Positions 9,273 through 17,585 of a DNA stretch of 64,000 nucleotides are shown in pieces. The stretch is from Fibrobacter sp. (GTDB lineage Bacteria; Fibrobacterota; Fibrobacteria; Fibrobacterales; Fibrobacteraceae). The position numbers were made by a program, and so were the translations under genes. The stretch spans positions 2,316 through 66,315 of the forward strand of contig JBGVAT010000051.1 of the NCBI GenBank assembly GCA_045224895.1, written 5' to 3'. The notes beneath the pieces were generated by a model, which saw only the letters and a program-made list of their open reading frames with translations, searched no databases and had not been told where the DNA came from. Each line of letters opens with the position of its first letter. Within the stretch, counting starts at the first letter, position 1.

Positions 9273-9293
9273 TTTAATATTTGACAAACAAAA

Positions 9294-9330
9294 AACAGTC
9301 ATCGGGAAAATTTCCGATGGCTGTTTTTTT
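9294..9330 (+). terminator. Rho-independent terminator
   Basis: Long hairpin acagtcatcgg...ccgatggctgt followed by a T-run. Confidence 0.7.
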
Positions 9331-9394
9331 TATTTTATAAGACCCCATAAACCATTGTTAGACTTTGTACAGTAACCGTTTCCTGAAAATATTA

Positions 9395-10828
9395 ATGAAA
9401 AAAATATTTCCTTTATTTTTTACCCCCGTTATAGCAGCGTTTCTCCCTTATCTCGCAACGATGTTTTTTGACTCTCCTCAATTGCACGGGATTTTTTCCG
9501 CAGACATATTCTTCCTTTTATTGCTGTTGTCGCTTCCTTACGGCAGAATCTTGTACAAGATGCCGTTTGTTGTTTCAGTCTGCATTTTCGCCATTGTATC
9601 GGATTCTGTAGATGCATATACGACGATGGGTGTTTATGTGCTGATGATTTTTGCAACTACGGCAACGCCCCGAAAAAGAAAGTTTATTTTGCCGGTTTAC
9701 GCGGTCTTTGCTCTTCTATTCTTCATTGCTGATGCGGGGAATTTTTTCTATTCTACATTTTTGTTGACCCTCCCTGATGTTTGGGGGCTCGCAAAATTTT
9801 ATTGGTGGGGAATCATCTTATTTTTTGCCATCCCACTACTCCTTATCTCGATGCAGATTCTTTTCGCTCGTCAAATTCTATGGGGCGCCAATCATCTTGA
9901 ATTACCACATTGGGCCGTATTTGTCATCGTCCCCTGCTCCGTTGCGTTAAATTCGGGCATCAACAGTCTTCAGCATCGCCAGCCTATTATGGATTTCGCT
10001 GTTCAGAAATGGTTCTGGCAACTCTGTACACCAGGAATTATTGGACAGAATTCTTTTTTGCAAGAAGATATTAAGTCTACGATATCGTTTTGGCAAAAGG
10101 GCAAAAATGTTATAACTGATTTTCGCAAGCCGACCATTGTAGTCTTGGTCGAAAGCTATGGAGTGAATGAATCAGTTGCTTACACGAAAGCCCTTCTTGA
10201 ACCCTTCGCGAATTCAAATTATAAATTCCTTGGTCTTTATCCGCGTGACGCATCCCATACTCAAGGCGCAGAGTGGGAAGATTTCGGCGCATCAGGCGGT
10301 AACATTCATGATACGCCTATTCCCAAGAAGTTTAAAGAGCAAAACTTCCAGACTTGGTATTTACACGGCTATGATGGAAATTTCTACGAACGCGAACAGA
10401 ATTATGCAAAATTCGGTTTTGATAGCCTACTCTTTAAACAGGAACTATTGAATCGAGGATTGACGACTTGCCATTACGGCTTTGACGGAATATGCGATTC
10501 CTCGATTGTTGTTTTTATGGATTCTTTAATCACGGATTCCATCCCTAAATTCATTTATTGGACCACCTTAGACGCTCATCCACCTTACGAGCTTGCAACA
10601 ATTTCTGAAAAATCGTCAGCTTGTCAAACACTTTCTCTTTCCGAAGTGGACTGTACTTATTTGACGCTGCAACAGAATACAATGAATCATTTGGCAAAAC
10701 TTGCCGAGAAGCATCCTGATTACCAATTTATAATCCGCGGAGATCACCGCCCGATGGGCAGTTTGGAACAGTCCGGCTTTGTACAGTCTTTCTATTTCCG
10801 CTGGGTTCCTTTGATTATATTGAATTGA
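9395..10828 (+). CDS. LtaS-like membrane-anchored alkaline-phosphatase-superfamily enzyme (phosphoglycerol/sulfatase-type transferase), paralog 1
   Basis: Five to six N-terminal hydrophobic helices. LtaS landmarks aligned by eye: VVLVESYG (metal Glu), SHTQGAEWE (Thr nucleophile), LHGYDGNFYEREQNYAKFGFD, TTLDAHPPY (His) and IRGDHRP (Asp-His). Confidence 0.7.
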   Translation: MKKIFPLFFTPVIAAFLPYLATMFFDSPQLHGIFSADIFFLLLLLSLPYGRILYKMPFVVSVCIFAIVSDSVDAYTTMGVYVLMIFATTATPRKRKFILPVYAVFALLFFIADAGNFFYSTFLLTLPDVWGLAKFYWWGIILFFAIPLLLISMQILFARQILWGANHLELPHWAVFVIVPCSVALNSGINSLQHRQPIMDFAVQKWFWQLCTPGIIGQNSFLQEDIKSTISFWQKGKNVITDFRKPTIVVLVESYGVNESVAYTKALLEPFANSNYKFLGLYPRDASHTQGAEWEDFGASGGNIHDTPIPKKFKEQNFQTWYLHGYDGNFYEREQNYAKFGFDSLLFKQELLNRGLTTCHYGFDGICDSSIVVFMDSLITDSIPKFIYWTTLDAHPPYELATISEKSSACQTLSLSEVDCTYLTLQQNTMNHLAKLAEKHPDYQFIIRGDHRPMGSLEQSGFVQSFYFRWVPLIILN

Positions 10829-11197
10829 TTTTTTCACAATCGATCTAAGGTTGTAAAAATCGAAGCCATTCCAATTTCTAAGGGAAATAGGTATATTATT
10901 GTAGATCTTACTAAGTTTACAATCTCGTCTTTCGAGGAAGCTCTAAGGCGAATTGAATGCGATACAGCAAGCGACGAACTATTAATCAAGCAGGCGAATG
11001 TGAGAGACTATATCAGTGCATGTAGCGATGCTATTGAAGAAAGCTGTGAAAAAGTACGTGATAATGAACGCTCTGCTACGGCCCTTGATATGCTTGCAGA
11101 TAACAAGCCTATCGATGAAATCGTGAAGTATTCGTACTTGCCCAAAGAAAAAGTACTAGAACTGCAAAAGACTATGGTGGCTAAAGCCACTAAGTAA
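10829..11197 (+). pseudogene. 3' remnant of an Rpn/YhgA-like (PD-(D/E)XK, TIGR01784-type) gene
   Basis: The frame is open from the base after the TGA of the preceding gene. IPISKGNRYIIVDLTKF parallels LPVYAKKRYIVIDITKF of the 12686 ORF. A C-terminal helical tail is present; the N-terminal nuclease core is absent. Confidence 0.6.
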
Positions 11198-11256
11198 ATG
11201 TAACCTGATAAGTTTTTTTATATATGAATCCAATTCTTAATCGAGTTGGATTTTTG

Positions 11257-11751
11257 TTAATGTCCTAACCGGGTAAAACTTGGAGTCAGCGCTTCGGCAT
11301 TGGCGGGCATGGTGGCTACATAATGAGGTACACCTGCATTACTTATTGAAACTGTAATCGTCCAAGATGAGTTTGTTGTGACATCATTCAAGGCTGTTAA
11401 GCTTGTTGCAATCCATCCCACAACGTTGTCTGAACTTGTATTAACGGCGGATGCATAGGCGTTCCCCTTTAAGTCTCCTCCACCATACCCAAAGCTGTTC
11501 GTTCTAGAAGAATCTGTTGACACCTTTGTTCCTGGCCCAACATAACCGATGGAGGTCCAGGATCCAAGCTGATGATTTTCTCCAGCAAAGGCGTCCTGTA
11601 ATTTTATGTACGTTCTCGCTGCGGGACTAAGTTCGGATGCTTTAGATTTAGCCATCATCCCAAATAACTTGGGTACGGCAATGGAACTGAGAATGCTTAT
11701 GATTACAATCACAACCATTAGCTCAATGAGGGAAAATCCCTTTTTTTTCAT
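11257..11751 (-). CDS. Prepilin-leader pilin-like protein, paralog 2
   Basis: MKKKGFSLIELMVVIVIISILSSIAVPKLFGMMAKSKASE, then RTYIKLQDAF, ending in TPSFTRLGH. It is more diverged than the other two copies. Confidence 0.8.
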   Translation of the reverse strand: MKKKGFSLIELMVVIVIISILSSIAVPKLFGMMAKSKASELSPAARTYIKLQDAFAGENHQLGSWTSIGYVGPGTKVSTDSSRTNSFGYGGGDLKGNAYASAVNTSSDNVVGWIATSLTALNDVTTNSSWTITVSISNAGVPHYVATMPANAEALTPSFTRLGH

Positions 11752-11860
11752 TGCGCTCCCCAGCAACGATATACAATGCATAAAAATGTCCTTTAAATTC
11801 CGACTCCCTAAAAATAATTATTTATGCGGGAAAAAAGAAGTATGGCAAAAACATTTTACT

Positions 11861-11888
11861 AAAAAAGACCTTCCCGTGTGGGAAGGCC
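11861..11888 (-). terminator. Rho-independent terminator (minus strand) after the truncated pilin-like copy
   Basis: On the minus strand: ccttccc-acac-gggaagg followed by tttttt. Confidence 0.65.
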
Positions 11889-11913
11889 TTTAAAGCATTT
11901 TATGGTCAGCTAA

Positions 11914-12291
11914 TTACTTGCCAATCTTGTCGAAAGACGGAGTCAGCTGAGAGCAGCTTGTTGATGCTGTATACTTCAAGCTATTGCCATTAGATGCGCC
12001 TACTGTTGTAATTTTCCAGTTAGCATTATCAGCAGTACCATTAGCTTGAGCAGCACATTCATTCAATGCAACTTTATTAACGGCAGCCCATGTAGTAGCG
12101 TTAAAGCTAGCTACAGCAGCATCGCTACCGTTTGCGGCAAGAGTACCACCGGCCAAATATTTAAAGTTGGTCGTTTCACCTTCAGATTCAGCCTTTGCAG
12201 AACCCGGAGCAACGTAACCGATCAACTTCCAGGAACCAACCTTGTTAGATTCAGACACATAAGCATCCTGCAACTTGATGTAGGTTGTGGT
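11914..12291 (-). pseudogene. 5'-truncated pilin-like copy (lacks prepilin leader and hydrophobic helix)
   Basis: The C-terminal ~123 aa (TYIKLQDAYVSESN...NKVALNECA...LTPSFDKIGK) are colinear with paralog 1. Sequence upstream of ~12290 is unrelated. There is 37-nt perfect identity (12250-12286) with 8894-8930 at the breakpoint. Confidence 0.65.
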
Positions 12292-12419
12292 AAAATTGAC
12301 TCTGAAATTTATGAAAACGATGCTAGCTGTTTTCCAATTTTTACAAAAAATCTTTAGAATAGAATGCTCAAAAAAGCGTGTTAATAGAAGTAGAGACCTT
12401 AAAAGTTTAAAGGACACGC

Positions 12420-13360
12420 ATGGCAAAAGAATTTGAAGCATTAAAGCAAGAGGCTGAACTTCGCAAGCAGACTTTTTACGATCCGACGTTGGATCCTGTT
12501 TTCAAGAAAATATTCGACAAAAAGTCTACGCTCATCAGTTTTCTGAACTCGTTTTTGCGGTTGGAAAACGACCGCAAGATTACGCAGGTTGAGCAGATTC
12601 GTCGAACGGTGAGGTTGAAAAAGGCTCAATAGGACGTTTCGACATCCATGCCCGTACAGCTGACGGACGCTTTGTTGATATTGAAATGCAACGAATAGAT
12701 CACGATGATTTTTTGGACCGTATTGAATTATATAGCGCTCTTTTGACGATTAACGCTAAGATTACTATGGACTGTGAGGCATCAAAGGAACAGTTCAAGG
12801 AGCATCCTTATTTGATGCCGGCTGTTTATTCTATTTGGCTTTGCAATTTCGAGGTACCGTTTTGCAAGGGATATCGCGAGGATTTGGGCGTGTTTAGGTA
12901 CTCCGATCTAGGCGACAAACGGGCCCTTCCCGTCTATGCGAAAAAGAGGTATATTGTAATTGATATAACCAAGTTCGTCCCTGCTGGGGGTAATGAACTT
13001 GAACAACAGTGGCTCGAAATCTTCAAGAACTCGCCGAAGGCAAGACGTGTTCCAGCGAATGTCGCGGATGAAATCAGGGATGTTTATGAGCGGCTGTTGG
13101 TGAAAAATTCGACTAAGGACTTTTTAAAAAAGGTGGTAGGCAGTATGACAGATAAGAGAGAGTATTGGGCCGGGCTTACGACTGCCCGCCGTAGGGGCGA
13201 AGCCGAAGGCTTTGCAAAAGGCGAGGCCAAGGGTGAAGCTAAAGGTTTTGCAAAGGGTGAAGCCAAGGGGATTGCTAAAGGAAAGGCCAAAATGGCAAAA
13301 TTCCTTCGGGCGAATGGAGTATCTGCAAAACTCCTTGCAGCTGCACTTGCTATGAAATAA
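12420..13360 (+). pseudogene. Frameshifted Rpn/YhgA-like recombination-promoting nuclease / putative transposase family gene
   Basis: ORF 12420-12632 (FYDPTLDPVFKKIF...) plus the frame open from 12593 (GRFDIHARTADGRFVDIEMQ nuclease core, KRYIVIDITKF, C-terminal GEAKG-repeat tail). The two frames overlap at 12593-12632, so one frameshift is needed. Confidence 0.75.
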
Positions 13361-13370
13361 CTTTTATTAT

Positions 13371-13406
13371 AAAAAAGGCCAATTCAAGAATGAATTGGCT
13401 GTTTTA
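13371..13406. terminator. Bidirectional terminator hairpin between convergent genes
   Basis: aaaaaa-gccaattca-agaa-tgaattggc-tgtttta. Confidence 0.65.
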
Positions 13407-13416
13407 TATGGAACGC

Positions 13417-14679
13417 CTAGTTCAGAATTATAAAGGGAACCCAACGCTTGTAGAAACGTTCCTGAAATTTGATGGGCGACAGAATAGGGTTATGGTCGCC
13501 TTGAACGATAAACCTAGTTTCAGGATGCTGGCGTGCAAGGTTGGCGATTAATGAAAGCGTCTTCCCTAAATGATGGCTGTAGGCGGAATCGATTGCATCG
13601 GCATCGCTGTTGTAGATATTCGGAAATTCCTGCATCGGGAATCTTGTGTCTCTTGTAGTCCACGCAATGAAATGCTTTTGGGTTGAGTCGGTAAGGATCC
13701 TCTCGATTTTTGAAATCATTGCAGTGTCATCAAGTCCATTACCGTATATTCCGTGCTCGAAGCCTATGTTATGAATGTATTTGTATCTAAATTGCTCAAG
13801 GCTATCTCCACCGAATAGAAATGTTGTATTGTAGCCGTTGGTCGCAAATGTTTTGGGCAAGAAAGTCGTGTCCCTGTGACCAGTCGAATCTCTGGAAAGT
13901 ATTTTGATTAGATCTTCGCGCTCGGCGGTGCGTGTTCTGCTGTACATTCGGTTATGGATGCCGGTAATCTTTTTGGTTCCGTCGAATGCCTTTAGCTGTT
14001 TTTCGAAGCGGTTGATGTCTAGCGGAACACCCCAACTTTCAACAAGAATGATGACGTTATTTCGTGTAGAATCAACGTAGTTGTTTGTGATTGTAACGGA
14101 ATCAGTAACGATATATTTGCTTTTGTATTCTTTGGCAATATTGGTTCGTTCAACGGGCTTTGGAGCTGTACGTTCGAGATTGTCTATTGTTGGGAACTGG
14201 GCTAAGGGTTGTGCTGCATAATGATTGAGGACGGCTAAATGGAGTATTAGTGAAACGAATAGGATAAAGCAGATTGTGTTAAAGCTGAATGGTCTTACTT
14301 TCCAAACCATTGCGATTGCAAGAATACAGGTGACTAAGGGAAGTGTGCCATACCATCCTGTGTTTTGTGCTTTTATGGCGAGAAGGTTTTGCAGATCAAT
14401 CCAAGCGATTGAAAAAAGTAAAGCGCATAATAGAGTAAAAATGAAAGCATATAGAGCTTGCTTTGGATTATGTAATAGTCCTTGCAATGATCTTGGTGCC
14501 TCAGCGTTGCTTTGCAACTCTGATAATTTTCCTCTCACAAAAATGATTAAGAGTAACAGAGCAAAATATTCATAGCCGAAAAGTCCACGAATAATATCTT
14601 GCCCTTTCTCGAAGGTCAGCAAAAAAGGAACGATTGTAATGAGGGCGCTTGCGATAAACGGATAAAGGAGGCGTTGCAT
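13417..14679 (-). CDS. LtaS-like membrane-anchored enzyme, paralog 2 (one catalytic-landmark His replaced)
   Basis: Colinear with 9395-10828: IILVESWGV, SRTRTAERED, FIVQGDHNP, identical tail RWVPFIILN. However, TTLDAHPPY is replaced by TTRDTRFPM. Confidence 0.7.
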   Translation of the reverse strand: MQRLLYPFIASALITIVPFLLTFEKGQDIIRGLFGYEYFALLLLIIFVRGKLSELQSNAEAPRSLQGLLHNPKQALYAFIFTLLCALLFSIAWIDLQNLLAIKAQNTGWYGTLPLVTCILAIAMVWKVRPFSFNTICFILFVSLILHLAVLNHYAAQPLAQFPTIDNLERTAPKPVERTNIAKEYKSKYIVTDSVTITNNYVDSTRNNVIILVESWGVPLDINRFEKQLKAFDGTKKITGIHNRMYSRTRTAEREDLIKILSRDSTGHRDTTFLPKTFATNGYNTTFLFGGDSLEQFRYKYIHNIGFEHGIYGNGLDDTAMISKIERILTDSTQKHFIAWTTRDTRFPMQEFPNIYNSDADAIDSAYSHHLGKTLSLIANLARQHPETRFIVQGDHNPILSPIKFQERFYKRWVPFIILN

Positions 14680-16421
14680 TATTCAGCCTCCTTTGCTTGC
14701 TTTTGCGCTATCGGTACAATGCGATATTTGTAGAATGACATTTCACCGATGGACTTGAGTGTGTCAACGGCGACGCTATCGTAATAATGCCTTTGCAAAA
14801 AATCCGCAAGTCGTGGCTCGTTAAGAACAATGACATTGTCGTGTACCACGTCTTTGATGGGGTTACTTATGCCGTAATCAGTTAAGGCTTCCGTTACTTC
14901 GGGTAAATAAGGTGTCCAGTAGCCGAAAGAAACCGTGTTGCGGAATGTGCCTTTGGACGTCGCAAGGTATGGCGGGTTGCGATGGTGGCTGAAACGCATA
15001 AATGCGTTCATACTGAGTAAGAACATTTTATCGGGTTGCTTGTCGATATAACTAAAAACTTGTGTGTAGTCTGTGGAGTCTTCAACAACAAGAGTCCTTG
15101 CATCACCATTATTTGGTGCTCGTACAATATTACCAGATGAGGTGTAGATTATTGTATTTGCTATTGCGATAATAGTTAAAGAAAAACAAGCTGTTTTTCG
15201 TGAAATGCAGAATTTGATTTTTCCTAAAAGAGGGATGGCTAGGACTGAAGCGTAAAGCCAAAAACCGCTTTCAACTCGATATAGCAATCGTCCCATTGCC
15301 AAGAGGTATGCCATTAACGATAGAATTATGAAAAGCGATGTCCATATATAGAGAGTTTTTTTACGATTTGTTGTGTATATGAAAATGCACAGTGTAAACC
15401 ATATCCAGAAAATTGGAAATTGTATGGAATTTCTCAATGTAATTAGCAAATTGAGGGGTAGGCTTTCTGTTGTGATTTTATTTTGATACTGTTGAATGAT
15501 TTCTGTATAATGGCTAAGTTTGTTTATGGAAAAAACTTCGGTATCATAGAAAGTCCATTCTTTAAGCATATGATAGTCTTTTCCTGATAATCCAAGTTCT
15601 TCGGCATCTTCGTAAACTGCATTTTGGTTGTAATTCGTTTTGTCGCCAAGGATAACTCTAGGTCCTTGAAATTTATTGAACGCTTCATATTCGGGTGCCT
15701 TGTATAAGCTTTGATCCCAATAGTGCATAGCAAATGCGCCTGTAAAAAGAATGGCGAGGCTTACGATCACGTGTGTTTTCGTCTTCCAACATTCGCAGAG
15801 GATAAATAATAGTCCAAGGCAAAAGAATGGCATGCCCATAAGGAATGCTTGCCAACGCATTACGGAACCCCAGAGCATGAGAATTATGCCAAGAATGAAT
15901 GGAATATTTCTTTTCAATAGTGATTGGATTTTATTTTGGCCCCTATCGGTATGCTCCAGGGTGACAGAACTGTTGGAATATGTGATTACTCCGTAAGCAA
16001 ACAGCAGCATTCCGGCTGCGCTTAAGATGGAGGCGCATTGCGTGAACTGCACGACAAGATAGAAGTCGCTTGCGAAAAGAGCTGTAAATAATGCTGCTAG
16101 AATTGCGCCCCAACGCTCACCGCACCGTTGTAATAACACATAACCGATGACTGTAAACGATAAGAATACGGCAAGCATCTCGCCAATGTAGTACCAGCCG
16201 ATTTTAGGGAATAGATAGTACAGTGGCGATAGCGCATAGCCGTAAATGGCATTGACGAAAATCAAGTGAGGATTGTATTCTGTGACTAGTGCGCCTGTGA
16301 GCCTTGCTGCCATAAAGTAGTCGTCTATGGCTCCAAACTTTAGGTCTCCGAAAATGAGACAAAGGGCAAGAAAGAACAGATTAATAATGACTGAATAAGC
16401 GAGGGCTCTTTTAATAGGCAT
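14679..16421 (-). CDS. Large polytopic membrane protein, possible GT-C-type glycosyltransferase/polymerase
   Basis: At least 10 hydrophobic helices plus a ~150-aa C-terminal soluble domain. The stop overlaps the ATG of the LtaS-like gene (TAATG). Start MPIKRAL at 16421 is preferred over 16472. No catalytic motif confirmed. Confidence 0.55.
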   Translation of the reverse strand: MPIKRALAYSVIINLFFLALCLIFGDLKFGAIDDYFMAARLTGALVTEYNPHLIFVNAIYGYALSPLYYLFPKIGWYYIGEMLAVFLSFTVIGYVLLQRCGERWGAILAALFTALFASDFYLVVQFTQCASILSAAGMLLFAYGVITYSNSSVTLEHTDRGQNKIQSLLKRNIPFILGIILMLWGSVMRWQAFLMGMPFFCLGLLFILCECWKTKTHVIVSLAILFTGAFAMHYWDQSLYKAPEYEAFNKFQGPRVILGDKTNYNQNAVYEDAEELGLSGKDYHMLKEWTFYDTEVFSINKLSHYTEIIQQYQNKITTESLPLNLLITLRNSIQFPIFWIWFTLCIFIYTTNRKKTLYIWTSLFIILSLMAYLLAMGRLLYRVESGFWLYASVLAIPLLGKIKFCISRKTACFSLTIIAIANTIIYTSSGNIVRAPNNGDARTLVVEDSTDYTQVFSYIDKQPDKMFLLSMNAFMRFSHHRNPPYLATSKGTFRNTVSFGYWTPYLPEVTEALTDYGISNPIKDVVHDNVIVLNEPRLADFLQRHYYDSVAVDTLKSIGEMSFYKYRIVPIAQKQAKEAE

Positions 16422-16445
16422 GTGGAAAATATATATTTTTTGGAT

Positions 16446-17585
16446 ATGATTTGCGTTTGTCAGGTGCTTCACGGGATTGTAGGCGGTGGCTCAGAGCAGG
16501 TGGTTCTGAACTATTGTTCTCGTATGCGAGATATTCATTTTGATTTGCTGTATCAGTACGAGCCGAATCCGCAGATTTTGGAACGATTCAATGAGGCCGG
16601 AATTAATTGCATTCAGATTCCTGACAAGGTGCATCATCCGTTAAAGCATCTTTGGACGATGTATAAGCTTTTTAAGCAAGGACATTACGATGTTGTTCAT
16701 TGCCATTTAGACTGGTATATGAATAGTTATGTGTGTTTCTTGGCGATGCTTGCCGGCGTGAAAAAACGTATTGCCCATCATCACCAAGCCTATGTTTCAA
16801 ATTGTCATTCCGGCCTTCGTGCCGGAATCACCTTTTTCTTGAAAAAACTCCTTTGCTTTCTAATGCGCATTCCTAGCAAACTTTTTGCTACACATTGGCT
16901 TGCCTGTGGTGAGGCTGCGGCTATCAACGGATGGGGCAAAGGTGCTGTAAAGAAAGCTAAAGTGACTATTTTACCGAATGCAATTGACCCAGATCGATTT
17001 AAGTTTAGTGAAATATCCCGCAAGAAAATTCGTGCGAAGTATGGGATCAAGGATGATGATTTTGTAATCGGGCATGTGGGGAGGTTCTTCCCGCAAAAGA
17101 ATCATGAATTTTTGATAGATGTATTTTGTGAGGTTCTCAAAAATAAACCGAACGCAAAGTTGCTGTTACTCGGTGATGGACCTTTGCAAGAAAAGATTCG
17201 ACAGAAAATTGAAATTTTGGGTATTGCAGAATCTGTTGTGTTTGCGGGCCTTCAGAAAGATCCGGCTCCGTTCTATAGCGCTATGGATGTATTTGCATTT
17301 CCTTCGCTATGGGAGGGATTAGGAATTGTTTTGCTAGAAGCTCAATATAATGGATTGCCTTGTGTTGTGAGTGAGGGTGTTCCTGAAGAAGTGCGTTTAC
17401 AACAACAGTATTACAAAGTCTCTTTTGACGTCATTCAATGGGCTATGAAAATAAAAAAAATCCCAACAGATATAGACTCAAGGGTTCTGCTGTTGAAAAA
17501 TGAAAAATTCAACATCAATTGCTCTTTTTTTAAGCTAATGCGTATTTATAAATCTGACGAAATACTATCTTCTGTCAATACCTAG
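16446..17585 (+). CDS. GT4-family glycosyltransferase
   Basis: N-terminal HGIVGGGSEQV; C-terminal GHVGRFFPQKNHEFLI...FPSLWEGLGIVLLEAQYNGLPCVVS (E-x7-E). Start ambiguous (GTG 16422 or ATG 16446). Confidence 0.8.
   Translation: MICVCQVLHGIVGGGSEQVVLNYCSRMRDIHFDLLYQYEPNPQILERFNEAGINCIQIPDKVHHPLKHLWTMYKLFKQGHYDVVHCHLDWYMNSYVCFLAMLAGVKKRIAHHHQAYVSNCHSGLRAGITFFLKKLLCFLMRIPSKLFATHWLACGEAAAINGWGKGAVKKAKVTILPNAIDPDRFKFSEISRKKIRAKYGIKDDDFVIGHVGRFFPQKNHEFLIDVFCEVLKNKPNAKLLLLGDGPLQEKIRQKIEILGIAESVVFAGLQKDPAPFYSAMDVFAFPSLWEGLGIVLLEAQYNGLPCVVSEGVPEEVRLQQQYYKVSFDVIQWAMKIKKIPTDIDSRVLLLKNEKFNINCSFFKLMRIYKSDEILSSVNT
16801..16837. repeat. REP-like hairpin unit embedded in-frame inside the GT4 CDS
   Basis: attgtcatTCCGGccttcgtgCCGGAatcaccttttt matches 32 of 38 positions of the unit attgtcatGCCGGactccgttCCGGCatcaccttttt (228-264). 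The stem changes are compensatory. It encodes NCHSGLRAGITFF. Confidence 0.7.

Noticed and set aside
8441-9302. Minus-strand ORFs 8441-8866 (141 aa) and 8622-9302 (226 aa) overlapping the pilin-like gene and its leader.
   Set aside because: They are antisense to a gene with an unambiguous prepilin leader and SD. Their translations are low-complexity.
13195-13290. Tandem GEAKG/FAKGEAKG-coding repeats as an independent repeat feature.
   Set aside because: This is part of the characteristic repetitive C-terminal tail of Rpn/YhgA-like proteins, not a separate element.
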